Counted from the first letter of the stretch, positions 1 to 11,500 are shown. The stretch: 64,000 nucleotides of DNA from Spirochaetota bacterium (GCA_965208615.1 CBDBPB010000001.1:385429-449428), one strand, 5' to 3'. Translations and numbers: made by a program. Notes: generated by a model not told the origin, from the letters alone.

Positions 1-1263
1 AAGTTCTTAGAAAGAATCGATATTAAAAAGTCTCACTCAGTATATAAAACAATATTATCAACACAAAACCATGCTTTTTTAGTAAAGACATATAAAAAAT
101 ATTTAAGGCTATTTTATTCCAAAAATAATATTAAGCTAATACTAAAAACAGCTTTCTCTCTAAATAAGTATAAAGATATAGATAAAATCTTATTTAAGTG
201 GCTTAATCAAAAAAAGTACGTTGATATAATAAAAGTATTCCCTGGGCTAATAAGGTATTGCAAAAATAATAAATATGCCATAAAAATACTTTATTGGCTT
301 GGTAAGTCAGCTAAGGAGCTTGGTAAAAAAAAGCTGGCAATAAGCTATTTTAAAAAGGCATATCTTAAATATAAAAGAGACTATTATACGTATAACTCGC
401 TAATAGAGCTTAAAAAGCTATTAGATAAAAATCCAGAAAAACTTAGGCTAATTTATAAGCAAGATAAAAAAAATTATAATAACTTTTTGAGTTCATACGC
501 TTTTAAATCCCGCATTTTTAAGCTAAAACAAAACTTCGACTTTAATAATATTAAAAGTTCACTATTTAGAACAGCTTTTTATCTAATGGCCATGGGAGAA
601 ACATGGGAAGGATATAAATACTTTTTAAGATTTAGACATAAAATAAGACATATAGAAAAACAATATTACTTAGTAATGGCAGAGATGTTTTATAAACTTG
701 GTCTTACTCAATATACCATTAGATTTTCTGATTTTACAATTAAATATCTTAACGGATATAACAATCATAATTATCTTTACGATAGTTTAGCAAAAATAAG
801 CTATCCCCTTTATTTTAAGGATATTATCTTCGAAACAGCACAAAGATATAATATTGATCCTTATCTTATACTTGCGGTGATTAGAGAAGAAAGTAGGTTT
901 TTCTCAGAAGCAACATCTTTTTCTGGTGCTATGGGTTTAATGCAGCTTATGCCTTCTACAGGACTATCTTTACTTCCTGGCTCTAAAAAGACTAAAAACG
1001 CTAATTTTTATGACGAAATGCTTAATATTTCCTTGGGTACTAAATATATATCCAGACTACTAAAAAATAATACACTAACCATAACTATTGCAGGGTATAA
1101 CGGAGGACCTAGTAGAGTAAGAAGACTATTGAAAAAAATAAAAAAACAAGTTAACCTTATAGATGAAGAGCATTTTGTTGAACTAATACCAATTGATGAA
1201 ACTAAAAATTATGTAAAAAAAGTACTTAGTGCATATTATAACTATATAGAGATATATGAATAA
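1..1263 (+). CDS. Soluble lytic transglycosylase (Slt-like, TPR-rich N-terminus), 5' end outside window
   Basis: Frame is open from base 1, so it is longer than the 487 start in the ORF track. SLT motifs AVIREESRF, GAMGLMQLMPST, AGYNGGP and ETKNYVKKV are present. Confidence 0.9.
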   Translation, partial: KFLERIDIKKSHSVYKTILSTQNHAFLVKTYKKYLRLFYSKNNIKLILKTAFSLNKYKDIDKILFKWLNQKKYVDIIKVFPGLIRYCKNNKYAIKILYWLGKSAKELGKKKLAISYFKKAYLKYKRDYYTYNSLIELKKLLDKNPEKLRLIYKQDKKNYNNFLSSYAFKSRIFKLKQNFDFNNIKSSLFRTAFYLMAMGETWEGYKYFLRFRHKIRHIEKQYYLVMAEMFYKLGLTQYTIRFSDFTIKYLNGYNNHNYLYDSLAKISYPLYFKDIIFETAQRYNIDPYLILAVIREESRFFSEATSFSGAMGLMQLMPSTGLSLLPGSKKTKNANFYDEMLNISLGTKYISRLLKNNTLTITIAGYNGGPSRVRRLLKKIKKQVNLIDEEHFVELIPIDETKNYVKKVLSAYYNYIEIYE

Positions 1264-1504
1264 TTATTTATTATATAGGCAATAAGCATATAATTTTTAA
1301 AACTATTTGATTATTATAGTCAAATTTAATATATTTTTATTACCTGCATTGTTTGTGATGCTATGAATTATTTTTTCCCTACAATTTTATTATATGGGAT
1401 TTCGATTTTTCTGTATTTTAGTGCATTTTAAGATATAGAAATAGAAGACCCTCTTTTCTACCTATGGAGAAAATAACAGAGCACACGGCATATGCGGGTA
1501 TTAA

Positions 1505-1759
1505 CTACTTTTCCTTTATTACCTTAAACTCTCCAAGCACTTCTCTTAGCCAGCTTTTGGCCTTTTCAAAAACCTCTGATTCATCCTGACTGGTTGATAT
1601 TGGAAGAGTCCTTGCTTTGTTTAGTATTATAAGCATTATTATTGATATATAATATGATGGATCTTCTTCTAGAGTACCTACATAGATGTTGGCTTTTGAG
1701 ATATGGTGCTCATTATATAAATCAAAATCTATTATGCTGTATTTTTTTGGAGTGGCCAT
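1505..1759 (-). CDS. Hypothetical protein, 84 aa
   Basis: ATG ORF with AAGGA upstream; no motif recognised. Confidence 0.55.
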   Translation of the reverse strand: MATPKKYSIIDFDLYNEHHISKANIYVGTLEEDPSYYISIIMLIILNKARTLPISTSQDESEVFEKAKSWLREVLGEFKVIKEK

Positions 1760-2100
1760 AGGCTGTCCTTATAAAGCCTTATTTTAGTCATTTTGTATAT
1801 TAGTAAGCTTATCCGCTATAAAAGTTATACGTTTTCAATAAAAAGCTAAGTTAATATTCGTATAAACAAAACAAATTTGTTAATAATAATTTTATAGTCT
1901 TTTTATATTTTAAAATTATCAATTGGTTAATATATCTTTTTTATGTTTATACCTTTTCTTTTAAAATAATTTTTGTTTTCTTTATCCTATATGCTAATAA
2001 GTATTTTAAACGAATATTAACAATTGGCATATATTTTATATATTCACTTTAGTCATAAGTGTTTAGCCAATAATACTGAGTTAAATATACTAATATCATT

Positions 2101-3762
2101 ATGAATAAAAAAAACTTTATAATAAAAGTCCAACTTTTTTTTATAATTCTATCCTTAGGCTGTACAAAAAAAGTAATAACCAATGAAATCGAAGGACTTA
2201 TTAAACCAAAATCCAGCAATACTAAAATACTACAAATTGCCATTTTTGCAAATAATACTAAAGATAGTGAATTGGATATATTAGAAGGATTTATCCCTAG
2301 ATTCATAAAAGAGGAGCTTATTGATGTTGATAAGATCTATCTTCCTAATAAATATAGCCTTTCTAATGAGAAGGAGGTACTAAGGGCTAAAAAATACTTT
2401 TCAATTTTTAATACTATAAAGTTGCTTGACACCATGAAAGACCTTAAATCCTCTTCGGATATTCTATCCGAAAGTGAAACTCTTAGAAAAGCAAAAAAAA
2501 GACTTGCTAATAAATTCATTTTAGAGTCTAAAGGCTTATTAGCTGACGAAAAAAATAAACATAAAAATATTGCTAGTTATATACGTTTTTATGAGTTAAA
2601 TAAACTTAGGTTTAAGCCTTATATAGGGATTGACGCTGAAAAACCTTTGGATAAAGTATTAAATATCTACAAGCTTAAGGTTTCTGATAGCACTCTAGCA
2701 TTAAAAACAAGACGTGTATTTGAGTTAAACCAGGTTTATTTGGATATATCCAGGAGCAGTGCAAACATTATCTTACTTGGAGACATTAAAAAAGTCAACG
2801 AAAAAATTAAAATAGAAATTAAACTCTTTGATAAGAAAAGTTTAACTTTTATTGATCTGACGTCTTACAGCTTTTCAAAGGTCAACCTTATAACTAAACT
2901 TGATAAGCACTTAGCAAAGTTTGGAAAACAGATTGCTAAAAAGTTAAGTAATCTTCCAAAAGGAGTGGTTATAGTTGAAACTAAACCTAAGGGAGCTCAT
3001 ATTTTCTTGGATGGAAAAAACTTTGGAACATCAAATCGAAAGCTTACAATAGATTATGGCTTTCATAAAATAGAAATACTTAAAAAAGGCTACACTAAAA
3101 TTACTGGAGAAATATTTGTTCCAAAAAATAAAACTAGACTAATCTCTATTGATCTTGACAAAATAAAAGGAGCTGGCTCTATAATTGTTAAGTCTAGTCC
3201 TGCTGGAGCTGATGTTTTCGTTGATTTAGATTATATTGGAAAAACTCCTTTAGTAATTAAAAAGATTCTTCCTGGTTATTATAAAATACGCTTAGAAAAG
3301 AAAAACTATAAAAATGCTTATCACATTACATTAGTAAAGCCGGATAAGTCGGTTTCTATAGAGTATGAATTGGTAAAAGGTAATAATAAGTATAGGGATG
3401 TGGCTGAGCTTTCGAAAAAATACAAAATAACAAAAAATGTATTTTTTTATACCGGTATTATTTCTATTACATCGATGGTATATGCCTTTCTTCAAGAAGA
3501 AAAATATAAAGGCAGGCTATCTGCTTCAAACATTACCCAAAGCCAGAAAAATGAATATGCTAAAAAATATAGTCATTTTAGTAAAGTTCGCAAGGCTACT
3601 ATAGGAACAACCGTTGGACTAGTTGCTTTAACTATTCTCTTTCAGGCTTTAGAACTATATACTGAAGATATAGAAGTTGGTTTCATTCCTAATATTTCTG
3701 ATGAGAAAGGAGAAAAAGCTAAAAACGTTGGAGGAAAAATTAAAATTAAATATAAATTTTAG
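2101..3762 (+). CDS. PEGA-domain lipoprotein
   Basis: Lipobox LSLGC; two PEGA repeats (VETKPKGAHIFLDGK, VKSSPAGADVFVDLDYIGKTP); C-terminal hydrophobic segments. Confidence 0.8.
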   Translation: MNKKNFIIKVQLFFIILSLGCTKKVITNEIEGLIKPKSSNTKILQIAIFANNTKDSELDILEGFIPRFIKEELIDVDKIYLPNKYSLSNEKEVLRAKKYFSIFNTIKLLDTMKDLKSSSDILSESETLRKAKKRLANKFILESKGLLADEKNKHKNIASYIRFYELNKLRFKPYIGIDAEKPLDKVLNIYKLKVSDSTLALKTRRVFELNQVYLDISRSSANIILLGDIKKVNEKIKIEIKLFDKKSLTFIDLTSYSFSKVNLITKLDKHLAKFGKQIAKKLSNLPKGVVIVETKPKGAHIFLDGKNFGTSNRKLTIDYGFHKIEILKKGYTKITGEIFVPKNKTRLISIDLDKIKGAGSIIVKSSPAGADVFVDLDYIGKTPLVIKKILPGYYKIRLEKKNYKNAYHITLVKPDKSVSIEYELVKGNNKYRDVAELSKKYKITKNVFFYTGIISITSMVYAFLQEEKYKGRLSASNITQSQKNEYAKKYSHFSKVRKATIGTTVGLVALTILFQALELYTEDIEVGFIPNISDEKGEKAKNVGGKIKIKYKF

Positions 3763-4024
3763 GTTAGATACCTTAAGATACTTTTACTTAAAGGCTTACA
3801 TAAAAAGTATAATCTACTAACTCTAAACTGCCAATAATAACGATAGACTGTTTAACAACAACTTAAAATATATTTCTTCCATAAACCAAAACAATATTAT
3901 TAAATTATGTAATATAAAAAATAAAAGTTCTTGATAAGAATATTATTTTTATTATATTTATTATGTTACTTATAATATAAGCTATGCCTTTAAACCTGGA
4001 AGGCTAAAAGTTTCCTTTTTAGTT

Positions 4025-4088
4025 CATCTACACATCTACACATCTACACATCTACACATCTACACATCTACACATCTACACATCTACA
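4025..4088. repeat. Perfect microsatellite (CATCTACA)x8
   Basis: Eight exact 8-bp copies, ending 40 bp before the adhP start codon. Confidence 0.97.
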
Positions 4089-4128
4089 CCAAATATATAA
4101 GTCTATAAAATAAATAAAGGAGAGTTAT

Positions 4129-5157
4129 ATGTTACCTAAAAAGATGAAAGCTGCTGTAGTAAAAGATTTTGGTAAACCTCTTGTTATAGAGGAAATGCCT
4201 TTAAGAGCACCAAAGCCAAATGAAGTTGTAATGAAGGTAGTAGCAAGTGGAGTCTGTCATACAGACCTGCACGCTGCCGAAGGCGATTGGCCAATAAAAC
4301 CAAAACTTCCTCTTGTACCTGGACATGAAGGAGTAGGACATGTTGTAGCTCTGGGTAAAGACGTTAAAAACCTTAAAGAAGGGGATGCAATTGGAATACC
4401 ATGGCTTTATAGCGCATGTGGCCATTGCGAGTTTTGTATTACTGGAAGAGAGAACTTATGCCTTAGTCAACAAAATTGCGGCTACTCAGTAAATGGAGGT
4501 TATGCTGAATATGCAATAGCTAATCCAAACTATATTGGTAAATTACCCTCAAACGTCAACTTTTTAGAGATAGCTCCTATTTTATGTGCAGGAGTAACAG
4601 TTTATAAAGGTCTAAAGTCAACAGATACCAAGCCAGGAGAGTGGGTTACTATATTTGGTATTGGTGGTTTAGGTCATACTGCTGTTCAATATGCTAAAGC
4701 TATGGGAAGAAAGGTGGCTGCCGTTGATATAGCACAGGATAAGTTAGACCTTGCTAAAGATTCCGGAGCAGATATTACTATTAATGGTAAAGAGCAGAAT
4801 CCTGGTGAAATACTGAAAAAAGAAATAGGGGGATCTCATGGAGTGCTTGTGACCGCAGTTTCTCGTATTGCTTTTGAGCAGGCTATTGATTGTGTTAGAC
4901 GAGGAGGTACTGTATCTTTAAACGGTTTACCTCCTGGTAAAATGGCTATTTCTATTTTTGATACTATCCTAAACGGTATAACAATAAGAGGTTCTATTGT
5001 AGGTACAAGAAAAGACTTGCAGGAAGCTATAGACTTTTCAACAGATAAAAAAGTAGGAGTCCATTATAAGACAGAGAAAATGGAAAACATTAATAAAGTA
5101 TTTGATGATATGAAAAAAGGTAAGATATCTGGCCGTATAGTGTTAGACCTTAATTAG
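4129..5157 (+). CDS. adhP: Zinc-dependent alcohol dehydrogenase, AdhP type
   Basis: GVCHTDLH, GHEGVG, CGHCEFC...C and GIGGLG motifs; SD AAGGAG. Confidence 0.93.
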   Translation: MLPKKMKAAVVKDFGKPLVIEEMPLRAPKPNEVVMKVVASGVCHTDLHAAEGDWPIKPKLPLVPGHEGVGHVVALGKDVKNLKEGDAIGIPWLYSACGHCEFCITGRENLCLSQQNCGYSVNGGYAEYAIANPNYIGKLPSNVNFLEIAPILCAGVTVYKGLKSTDTKPGEWVTIFGIGGLGHTAVQYAKAMGRKVAAVDIAQDKLDLAKDSGADITINGKEQNPGEILKKEIGGSHGVLVTAVSRIAFEQAIDCVRRGGTVSLNGLPPGKMAISIFDTILNGITIRGSIVGTRKDLQEAIDFSTDKKVGVHYKTEKMENINKVFDDMKKGKISGRIVLDLN

Positions 5158-5187
5158 TTTTCAAATATAAATTAAGCCATCTTTTTA

Positions 5188-5233
5188 TTATTATTAGGGT
5201 TTAATATTGATATTATATTACTCCCTAGTAATA
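5188..5233. terminator. Inverted repeat between convergent genes, possible bidirectional terminator
   Basis: TTATTATTAGGG ... CCCTAGTAATAA arms (11/12 Watson-Crick plus one G-U). Confidence 0.45.
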
Positions 5234-5276
5234 ACTTATTGTTCGCCATATCTTGTGAAGGATTATATTATAACAT

Positions 5277-8192
5277 CTATTGGTAATAAATAGGCTCTCT
5301 ATTCTTAAGGAGTAATAAAAGATCATCGGCTAGTAAGGGAGGACTAAAAAAGAATCCTTGAGATAAATGACAATTATTATCCTTTAAAAAAGCTACTTGT
5401 TCCTCAGACTCAACACCTTCAGCAACAACAGTCATCTTAAGGTTTAACCCCATAGAAATAATAGTTCGCACAATAGATGCATCATCCATATTATTAGTTA
5501 TATCCCTAACAAAGGCCTTATCAATTTTTAGTTTATCAAGAGGAAAACGCTTTAAATAAGTTAGAGAGGAATATCCTGTACCAAAATCGTCTATAGATAT
5601 CTTAATCCCCCTTTCTTTTATGCCTAATAAAATTGAATTCGCAATCTCTATATTCTCCATTATAATACTTTCTGTTAGCTCTAACTCTAAATAATTTGGA
5701 TCAAGATTATTTTTCTGAAAGGCATCATCAATAGTACGAATAAGACCTTTATTTAAAAGTTGTCTTGCTGATAAGTTAACAGCTACCGGAATACTAGGGT
5801 AACCTTTATCCTGCCATAACTTATTATTCCTACAAACAGTATTTAATACCCATTCACCAATAGGAACAATTAATCCAGTCTCTTCAGCTAATGGTATAAA
5901 CTCATTCGGAGGAATAAGCTTATCACTTTCTGGATCATGCCAATATATAAGAGCCTCTACAGCTGTAATAAAACCAGTTCTAAGATCTACCTGCGGTTGA
6001 TAACGTATATGAAATTCATTGTTATCCAATGCCCGTCTAATATTGCTTTCTAGAGTAAGCTGTGAAGTAGATAATCCCATAGTCTTTTGAGAGTAAAATT
6101 GATAGTTATTTTTACCCTGTGCCTTTGCATGGTACATAGCAATATCAGCATGACTAAATAATGACTCAATTTCTTCACCATCACTTGGATATAATGCAAT
6201 TCCTATACTAGTACTAACATACAATTCACTATCTTCCACATTAAATGGCTTAGATATTGTTTTTAAAATCTTTTCAGCGACTTCTACTATTTGTAATTTG
6301 TCTTTTAAATAGGGCAGAACAATTGCAAACTCATCACCTCCAACACGGGATACAACTACATCAGAATTAACACACTTTTTAAGCCTTTTTCCAATTTCAT
6401 GTAAGATTACATCCCCAGCAATATGCCCAAGAATATCATTTATAATTTTAAAGCGATCAAGATCCAAATACAATAATGCAGTAGTCCAGTTATTACAGTA
6501 GGATGTAAAAAATGCCTGTTTAAGTCCTTCATGAAGCATAGCACGATTTCCTAATCCAGTAAGGGTATCATGATAAGCTAAGTAGTTAAGTTTTTCTTCA
6601 TAGCGTTTAGCTTCACTAATATCAGAAAAAACAGCAACATAATGATTAGCCTCCCCAGCCTCATTTTTTATAGAGCTAATATTAATCCATTGGGGATAAA
6701 CTTCACCATTCTTACGCTTATTCCAAATTTCCCCTTCCCAATAGCCATAAGCTTTTAGATTCTTCCACATTTCTTTAAAAAAATCTGGGCTATGTTTTCC
6801 CGCACCTAAAATACTTGGTGATTTTCCAATAACTTCATTTGGCTCATACTCAGTTATAAGTGTGAAAGCTGGATTAATCATATTAATAATACCATCTTGA
6901 TCGGTTACTAAAATACCCTCATTAATATTTTCAAAAACATTAGCGGCTAATTTTAACTGCTTTTGAGCAATCTCTAATTCTTTATTATACTCCTCAAGCT
7001 CAATAGTACGCCTTTCTAATTTTTCAGTATACTTTTCTAACTGATCTTTTGCAATTTTACTTTCTGTAATATCTTGAACTATTCCCACTAATCTTATTGG
7101 CTTTTTATTTTCATCATAATATATATTTCCTTGCTCATGTACAGTTCTCTCAGTAGAGTCAGGAAGTATTATTCTATGGTCAAAATCAAAAAAGTTATTG
7201 TTATCCTCAAAAGCCTTATTAATTGCATCATAAACCATTTGCCGATCTTCTGGGTGAATGAAGCTTAAAAAATTACTACGGCTAGGAAAGATCTCACCAG
7301 GAGAAAGTCCAAATATTCTATAAATCTCATCAGACCAAAATACATCATTTGTTATAATATCCCAATACCAGTTTCCTATGTGAGCAATCCTTTGAGCTTC
7401 TGCAAGACATTTTTCACTTTTTAAAAGTTTTTCTTCTACCAGCTTTTGTTTTGATATATCACTAATAGTCATAAGAACAGCAGTTTCATTTTTCATAACA
7501 ACCTTGGATATTGTTACTGAAAAAGCTAAAAAACTTAATGGCTTTCCCGAAGGTAACTTTATCTCAGCTGATAAAACCTTATCAGAAGATAAAGCCACAT
7601 CTATTTCATCAGCAGTATGACTAATTATCTTATTAATTTGAGCATAACTAAGATTAAATTTAAAATCATTATTAATATTTGTAGATATAATCCTGTGATC
7701 ACTGTTTAAGACTACAATAGTAGATGGTATATTTGTTACAATGCTATCCAAATAGTCTTTATCCATAGATATTCTATCTAGATAAGATCTAAGCTGATCC
7801 GCCATTATATTAAATCCATTAGCCAGCTTACCAAGCTCATTCTTACTGTTAATAGAAATTCTAAAATCAAGGTTACCCTTGCTAATACTATTAACTCCAT
7901 CCATAAGCTTTTCAGTATCCTTAGTTATATACTTTATAAAAATGAATGCAAATATTTGGCTTAGAACCATAGCAACAACTATAATCACTATACTAATAAA
8001 AATTAGACTATTCTCTATTCTATTTATTACTTCTTGAGCTAAGTTTTCATTAACTAAAATATATTTTATATAATACTGAAAAAAATATAAAACTAAACAT
8101 CCACCAAAAAGACTAATTATAAATAAGATTATCATTAGCTGATTAGACAACTTAAACTTTGGTAAATTGTTATTCATTTTAATGAGCCTCAA
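5277..8192 (-). CDS. Membrane HAMP-PAS-PAS-GGDEF-EAL diguanylate cyclase/phosphodiesterase
   Basis: Two N-terminal TM segments, HAMP, PAS domains, [22 protein letters not shown]. Confidence 0.93.
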   Translation of the reverse strand: MRLIKMNNNLPKFKLSNQLMIILFIISLFGGCLVLYFFQYYIKYILVNENLAQEVINRIENSLIFISIVIIVVAMVLSQIFAFIFIKYITKDTEKLMDGVNSISKGNLDFRISINSKNELGKLANGFNIMADQLRSYLDRISMDKDYLDSIVTNIPSTIVVLNSDHRIISTNINNDFKFNLSYAQINKIISHTADEIDVALSSDKVLSAEIKLPSGKPLSFLAFSVTISKVVMKNETAVLMTISDISKQKLVEEKLLKSEKCLAEAQRIAHIGNWYWDIITNDVFWSDEIYRIFGLSPGEIFPSRSNFLSFIHPEDRQMVYDAINKAFEDNNNFFDFDHRIILPDSTERTVHEQGNIYYDENKKPIRLVGIVQDITESKIAKDQLEKYTEKLERRTIELEEYNKELEIAQKQLKLAANVFENINEGILVTDQDGIINMINPAFTLITEYEPNEVIGKSPSILGAGKHSPDFFKEMWKNLKAYGYWEGEIWNKRKNGEVYPQWINISSIKNEAGEANHYVAVFSDISEAKRYEEKLNYLAYHDTLTGLGNRAMLHEGLKQAFFTSYCNNWTTALLYLDLDRFKIINDILGHIAGDVILHEIGKRLKKCVNSDVVVSRVGGDEFAIVLPYLKDKLQIVEVAEKILKTISKPFNVEDSELYVSTSIGIALYPSDGEEIESLFSHADIAMYHAKAQGKNNYQFYSQKTMGLSTSQLTLESNIRRALDNNEFHIRYQPQVDLRTGFITAVEALIYWHDPESDKLIPPNEFIPLAEETGLIVPIGEWVLNTVCRNNKLWQDKGYPSIPVAVNLSARQLLNKGLIRTIDDAFQKNNLDPNYLELELTESIIMENIEIANSILLGIKERGIKISIDDFGTGYSSLTYLKRFPLDKLKIDKAFVRDITNNMDDASIVRTIISMGLNLKMTVVAEGVESEEQVAFLKDNNCHLSQGFFFSPPLLADDLLLLLKNREPIYYQ

Positions 8193-8428
8193 CTAAAAAA
8201 TAAAATAAGTATATGTAGTAGCTATCTTATTATATGTTAAAAGTTATTGTTAGACATAGTTAAGTGTTTTAAGTAAAAATATTATAGGTAAACTTAACTA
8301 AACTAGGTTAAAAAGTATATAACTATTTAACATTTATTAACTTTAGAAGGTGTTAACAAACGTTCTATTAAATATAATAAAGAACATTCTAACTGCTACA
8401 CTTGCTAATACCTTAAAAGAAAAATAAA

Positions 8429-8486
8429 TTGACTAAACTATAATATATAGTTATAATTAAATACTTATACTAATTATAACTATATA
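8429..8486 (+). promoter_or_regulatory. Sigma70 promoter TTGACT-N17-TATAAT with its -10 inside a 16-bp perfect inverted repeat
   Basis: -35 at 8429-8434 and -10 at 8452-8457. IR arms TATATAGTTATAATTA (8444-8459) and TAATTATAACTATATA (8471-8486). Confidence 0.7.
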
Positions 8487-8543
8487 AATTAATTATACTA
8501 AGATAGTGCGATCCTATATTATAAAAAAACTAGGGAGATAATA

Positions 8544-9779
8544 ATGGATAGTTATATACAAAGCCTCTTTGCCAATAGAATAGGCGGAAGTAAGTTCGGT
8601 AAAGATAATAAAATATATAAGTTCCAAAAAATCAAAATGGCAAAAGATCAGGCATTAAAGGATAACCCAAATAAAGAGATACTCGATTTTGGCGTTGGTG
8701 AACCTGATGAAATGGCATATCCCATCGTAAGAGATAAACTAAAACAACAAACCGATATGCCTGAAAATAGGGGATATGCTGATAATGGTATAGAAGAGTT
8801 TAAAGTTGCCGCATCGGAGTATATGAAAAACGTTTTTGATGTTGATGTTAGTCCTGTTAATGAGATTAATCATACTATTGGCTCCAAGCCAGCATTAGCC
8901 ATGTTCCCAGCCATCTTTATTAATCCTAAGGATATTACTCTTGCTACTGTACCAGGTTATCCTGTTTTGGCTACTCATACATCATGGTACGGCGGTGAAG
9001 TGGTAAACCTTCCTCTAACAAAGGATCATAGCTTTCTTCCTCAGCTGGATAAAATACCACAAAATGTCTTAAATAAAACAAAAATATTAGTTTTAAACTA
9101 TCCGAATAATCCTACTGGTGCTAATGCTAATAAGACTTTTTATAAAGAGCTAGTTAGTTTTGCCAAAGAAAATAATATTATAGTGGTCCAGGATGCGGCC
9201 TATGCGGCTCTGGTATACAATAATAAGCCTTTATCATTTTTATCCGTTGATGGAGCAAAGGATGTAGGTGTTGAGATGCATTCCCTTTCTAAGTCCTTTA
9301 ACATGACAGGCTGGAGACTCGGATTTATTTGTGGTAACCCATTAATAATAAAGGCATTCGCTAATGTTAAGGATAACATTGATTCTGGTCAATTTAAGGC
9401 TATACAAAAAGCTGGTGTATCTGCATTAGGGGATATCTCTATCACTAAGAATATATTAAATAAGTATTCAAGGCGTCTTGATAAAATAGTATCAATACTA
9501 AACAAAAAAGGTTTTAATGCCAAAAAACCAGATGGAACGTTTTATCTATTTGTAGAAGCTCCAAAAGGTGTTAAGGGAGGAGTATCCTTCAACTGCGGAG
9601 AAGACTTTTCTCAATATCTTATTAAAGAAAAATTAATATCAACCGTACCATGGGATGATACAGGACACTTTGTACGCTTCTCTGCTACATTTGAAACTAA
9701 AGGCGATCTCATTACCGATGAAAAAAGGGTACTTAGTGAACTGGAAAATAGATTATCCGATATAGACTTTCAATTTTAG
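8544..9779 (+). CDS. dapL: LL-diaminopimelate aminotransferase
   Basis: Class I PLP motifs NYPNNPTG, DAAY, HSLSKSFNMTGWR; N-terminus FANRIGG..FGK...IYKF typical of the DapL subfamily. Confidence 0.82.
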   Translation: MDSYIQSLFANRIGGSKFGKDNKIYKFQKIKMAKDQALKDNPNKEILDFGVGEPDEMAYPIVRDKLKQQTDMPENRGYADNGIEEFKVAASEYMKNVFDVDVSPVNEINHTIGSKPALAMFPAIFINPKDITLATVPGYPVLATHTSWYGGEVVNLPLTKDHSFLPQLDKIPQNVLNKTKILVLNYPNNPTGANANKTFYKELVSFAKENNIIVVQDAAYAALVYNNKPLSFLSVDGAKDVGVEMHSLSKSFNMTGWRLGFICGNPLIIKAFANVKDNIDSGQFKAIQKAGVSALGDISITKNILNKYSRRLDKIVSILNKKGFNAKKPDGTFYLFVEAPKGVKGGVSFNCGEDFSQYLIKEKLISTVPWDDTGHFVRFSATFETKGDLITDEKRVLSELENRLSDIDFQF

Positions 9780-9822
9780 GCTATAATTATAAAGCAATAA
9801 ACTAAGGTTAGGAGGTTTTCCA

Positions 9823-10062
9823 TTGAGTGATATACAAGTTGATATAACTTTAGATGCCAGAGGAGCCGCTTGTCCTGGCCCTTTGATGGAGCTTATTAGA
9901 GGTGTAAGAGCGGCTAATGTTGGTACTGTTATTGAACTTTTAGCTTCAGAAGAACAAAGTATCATTGATGTCCCTGCCTGGACAGAAAAAGTAGGAAATG
10001 AGTTTTTAGGTTTTAAAAAACATAAAAACCATTGGAGTATTATTGTAAAAAAGCTTAAATAG
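9823..10062 (+). CDS. tusA: TusA/SirA-family sulfur carrier protein
   Basis: LDARGAACPGP (CPxP motif), 79 aa, TTG start after SD AGGAGG. Confidence 0.88.
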   Translation: MSDIQVDITLDARGAACPGPLMELIRGVRAANVGTVIELLASEEQSIIDVPAWTEKVGNEFLGFKKHKNHWSIIVKKLK

Positions 10063-10113
10063 GTTATTTAGTTTATAAAGCTAGAGTTATAGGCTTATCA
10101 TTAAGGAGTTTTA

Positions 10114-11493
10114 TTGTATATTCCAAGAGTTATCATTTCTGCACCGCAACGTAGTTCAGGTAAGACCACCATAACTATTGGCTTATGTAATTCTATAACC
10201 AAAAAAAACTTAGTTGTACAACCATTTAAAAAAGGCCCTGATTATATTGACTCTATGTGGCTAACTACTGCATCAAATAGGGATTGCTATAATCTCGACT
10301 ATTTTATGATGGGTGAACAAAATATTATATCCTCTTTTGTACAAAACTCCAACAACTCCGATATCTCCATAATAGAAGGAAATCAAAGCCTATATGATGG
10401 AATAGATTTAGAGGGTACTGGAAGTACTGCAAATTTATCAAGGCTTTTAGGATGTCCTGTAATCATAGTTATAAACGCTAAGGGACTAAATAGAGGAATT
10501 GCTCCTATTCTATCCGGACTCATTAACTTTGAAACTGACGTAAATATAGCCGGAGTTATTCTCAATAAGGTTATGGGACTAAGACACGAAAATAAGCTTA
10601 AACAGGCTATTAATCATTATTGTAATATCGAAGTAGTGGGTAGTATCCCTAATAATATTAGTCTTACAATTAAAGAACGCCATATCGGGCTTATACCAGC
10701 TAAAGAAAATAATAATTACAACAGCCTAATTAGCTCAATAACTAAAACTATGGATAAATACGTCAACATCGACCGTATTATTGAGATAGCTAAGAATAGT
10801 CCTCCACTATCCTTTACAGGATCAAGAATTATAAACCTTAAAAGCACTAATAGCACGGTTAAAATTGGTGTTGCTAGAGATAGGGCTTTTAGTTTTTATT
10901 ATCCAGAGAATCTAAAAGCTTTAGAGTATGCTGGTGCAGAGTTAATATTCTTCGATACCATTACTGACAAAAGATTACCCAATGTTAACGGTATATATAT
11001 TGGTGGTGGTTTTCCAGAAGCCCTTATGGATAAGCTTGAGGATAACTTATCCCTTAGATTAGATATTCTAAAAGCTATTGATAAAGGTATACCTGCTTAT
11101 GCTGAATGCGGCGGCCTTATGTATTTATCTAGGTCTATAAAGAAAAATGGTACTAATAAAAAAATGGTAGGAGCTATACCCTGTGATATCGAAATGCATA
11201 ACAAGCCTAAAGGTCATGGATATGTTATACTAAAAAATACAGATAAAAAGTCATGGTTCAGGCTAAACCAAAAAGTATATGCCCATGAATTCCATTACTC
11301 ACAAATAAGCACTATGGATAAAAAACTGGATTTCGCCTTTAAAATTATAAGGGGATACGGTATAGACGGCAAACATGACGGAATTATATATAAAAATCTT
11401 TTAGCATTTTATACGCATATACACTCTATTTCGGTTCCTGAGTGGGCAGACTCATTTATTAAGTTTATTAAAAAGGTTGATTATAAAAGTTAG
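10114..11493 (+). CDS. CbiA/CobB-family a,c-diamide synthase, DsrN (siroheme amidase)-like
   Basis: SSGKTT P-loop, QPFKKGPDYID, ERHIGL, AECGG and HEFHYS glutaminase motifs. Confidence 0.85.
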   Translation: MYIPRVIISAPQRSSGKTTITIGLCNSITKKNLVVQPFKKGPDYIDSMWLTTASNRDCYNLDYFMMGEQNIISSFVQNSNNSDISIIEGNQSLYDGIDLEGTGSTANLSRLLGCPVIIVINAKGLNRGIAPILSGLINFETDVNIAGVILNKVMGLRHENKLKQAINHYCNIEVVGSIPNNISLTIKERHIGLIPAKENNNYNSLISSITKTMDKYVNIDRIIEIAKNSPPLSFTGSRIINLKSTNSTVKIGVARDRAFSFYYPENLKALEYAGAELIFFDTITDKRLPNVNGIYIGGGFPEALMDKLEDNLSLRLDILKAIDKGIPAYAECGGLMYLSRSIKKNGTNKKMVGAIPCDIEMHNKPKGHGYVILKNTDKKSWFRLNQKVYAHEFHYSQISTMDKKLDFAFKIIRGYGIDGKHDGIIYKNLLAFYTHIHSISVPEWADSFIKFIKKVDYKS

Positions 11494-11500
11494 GTTACCG

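Noticed and set aside
2025-2040. Sigma54 promoter (TGGCAT) before the PEGA gene
   Set aside because: The -12 TTGC element is missing.
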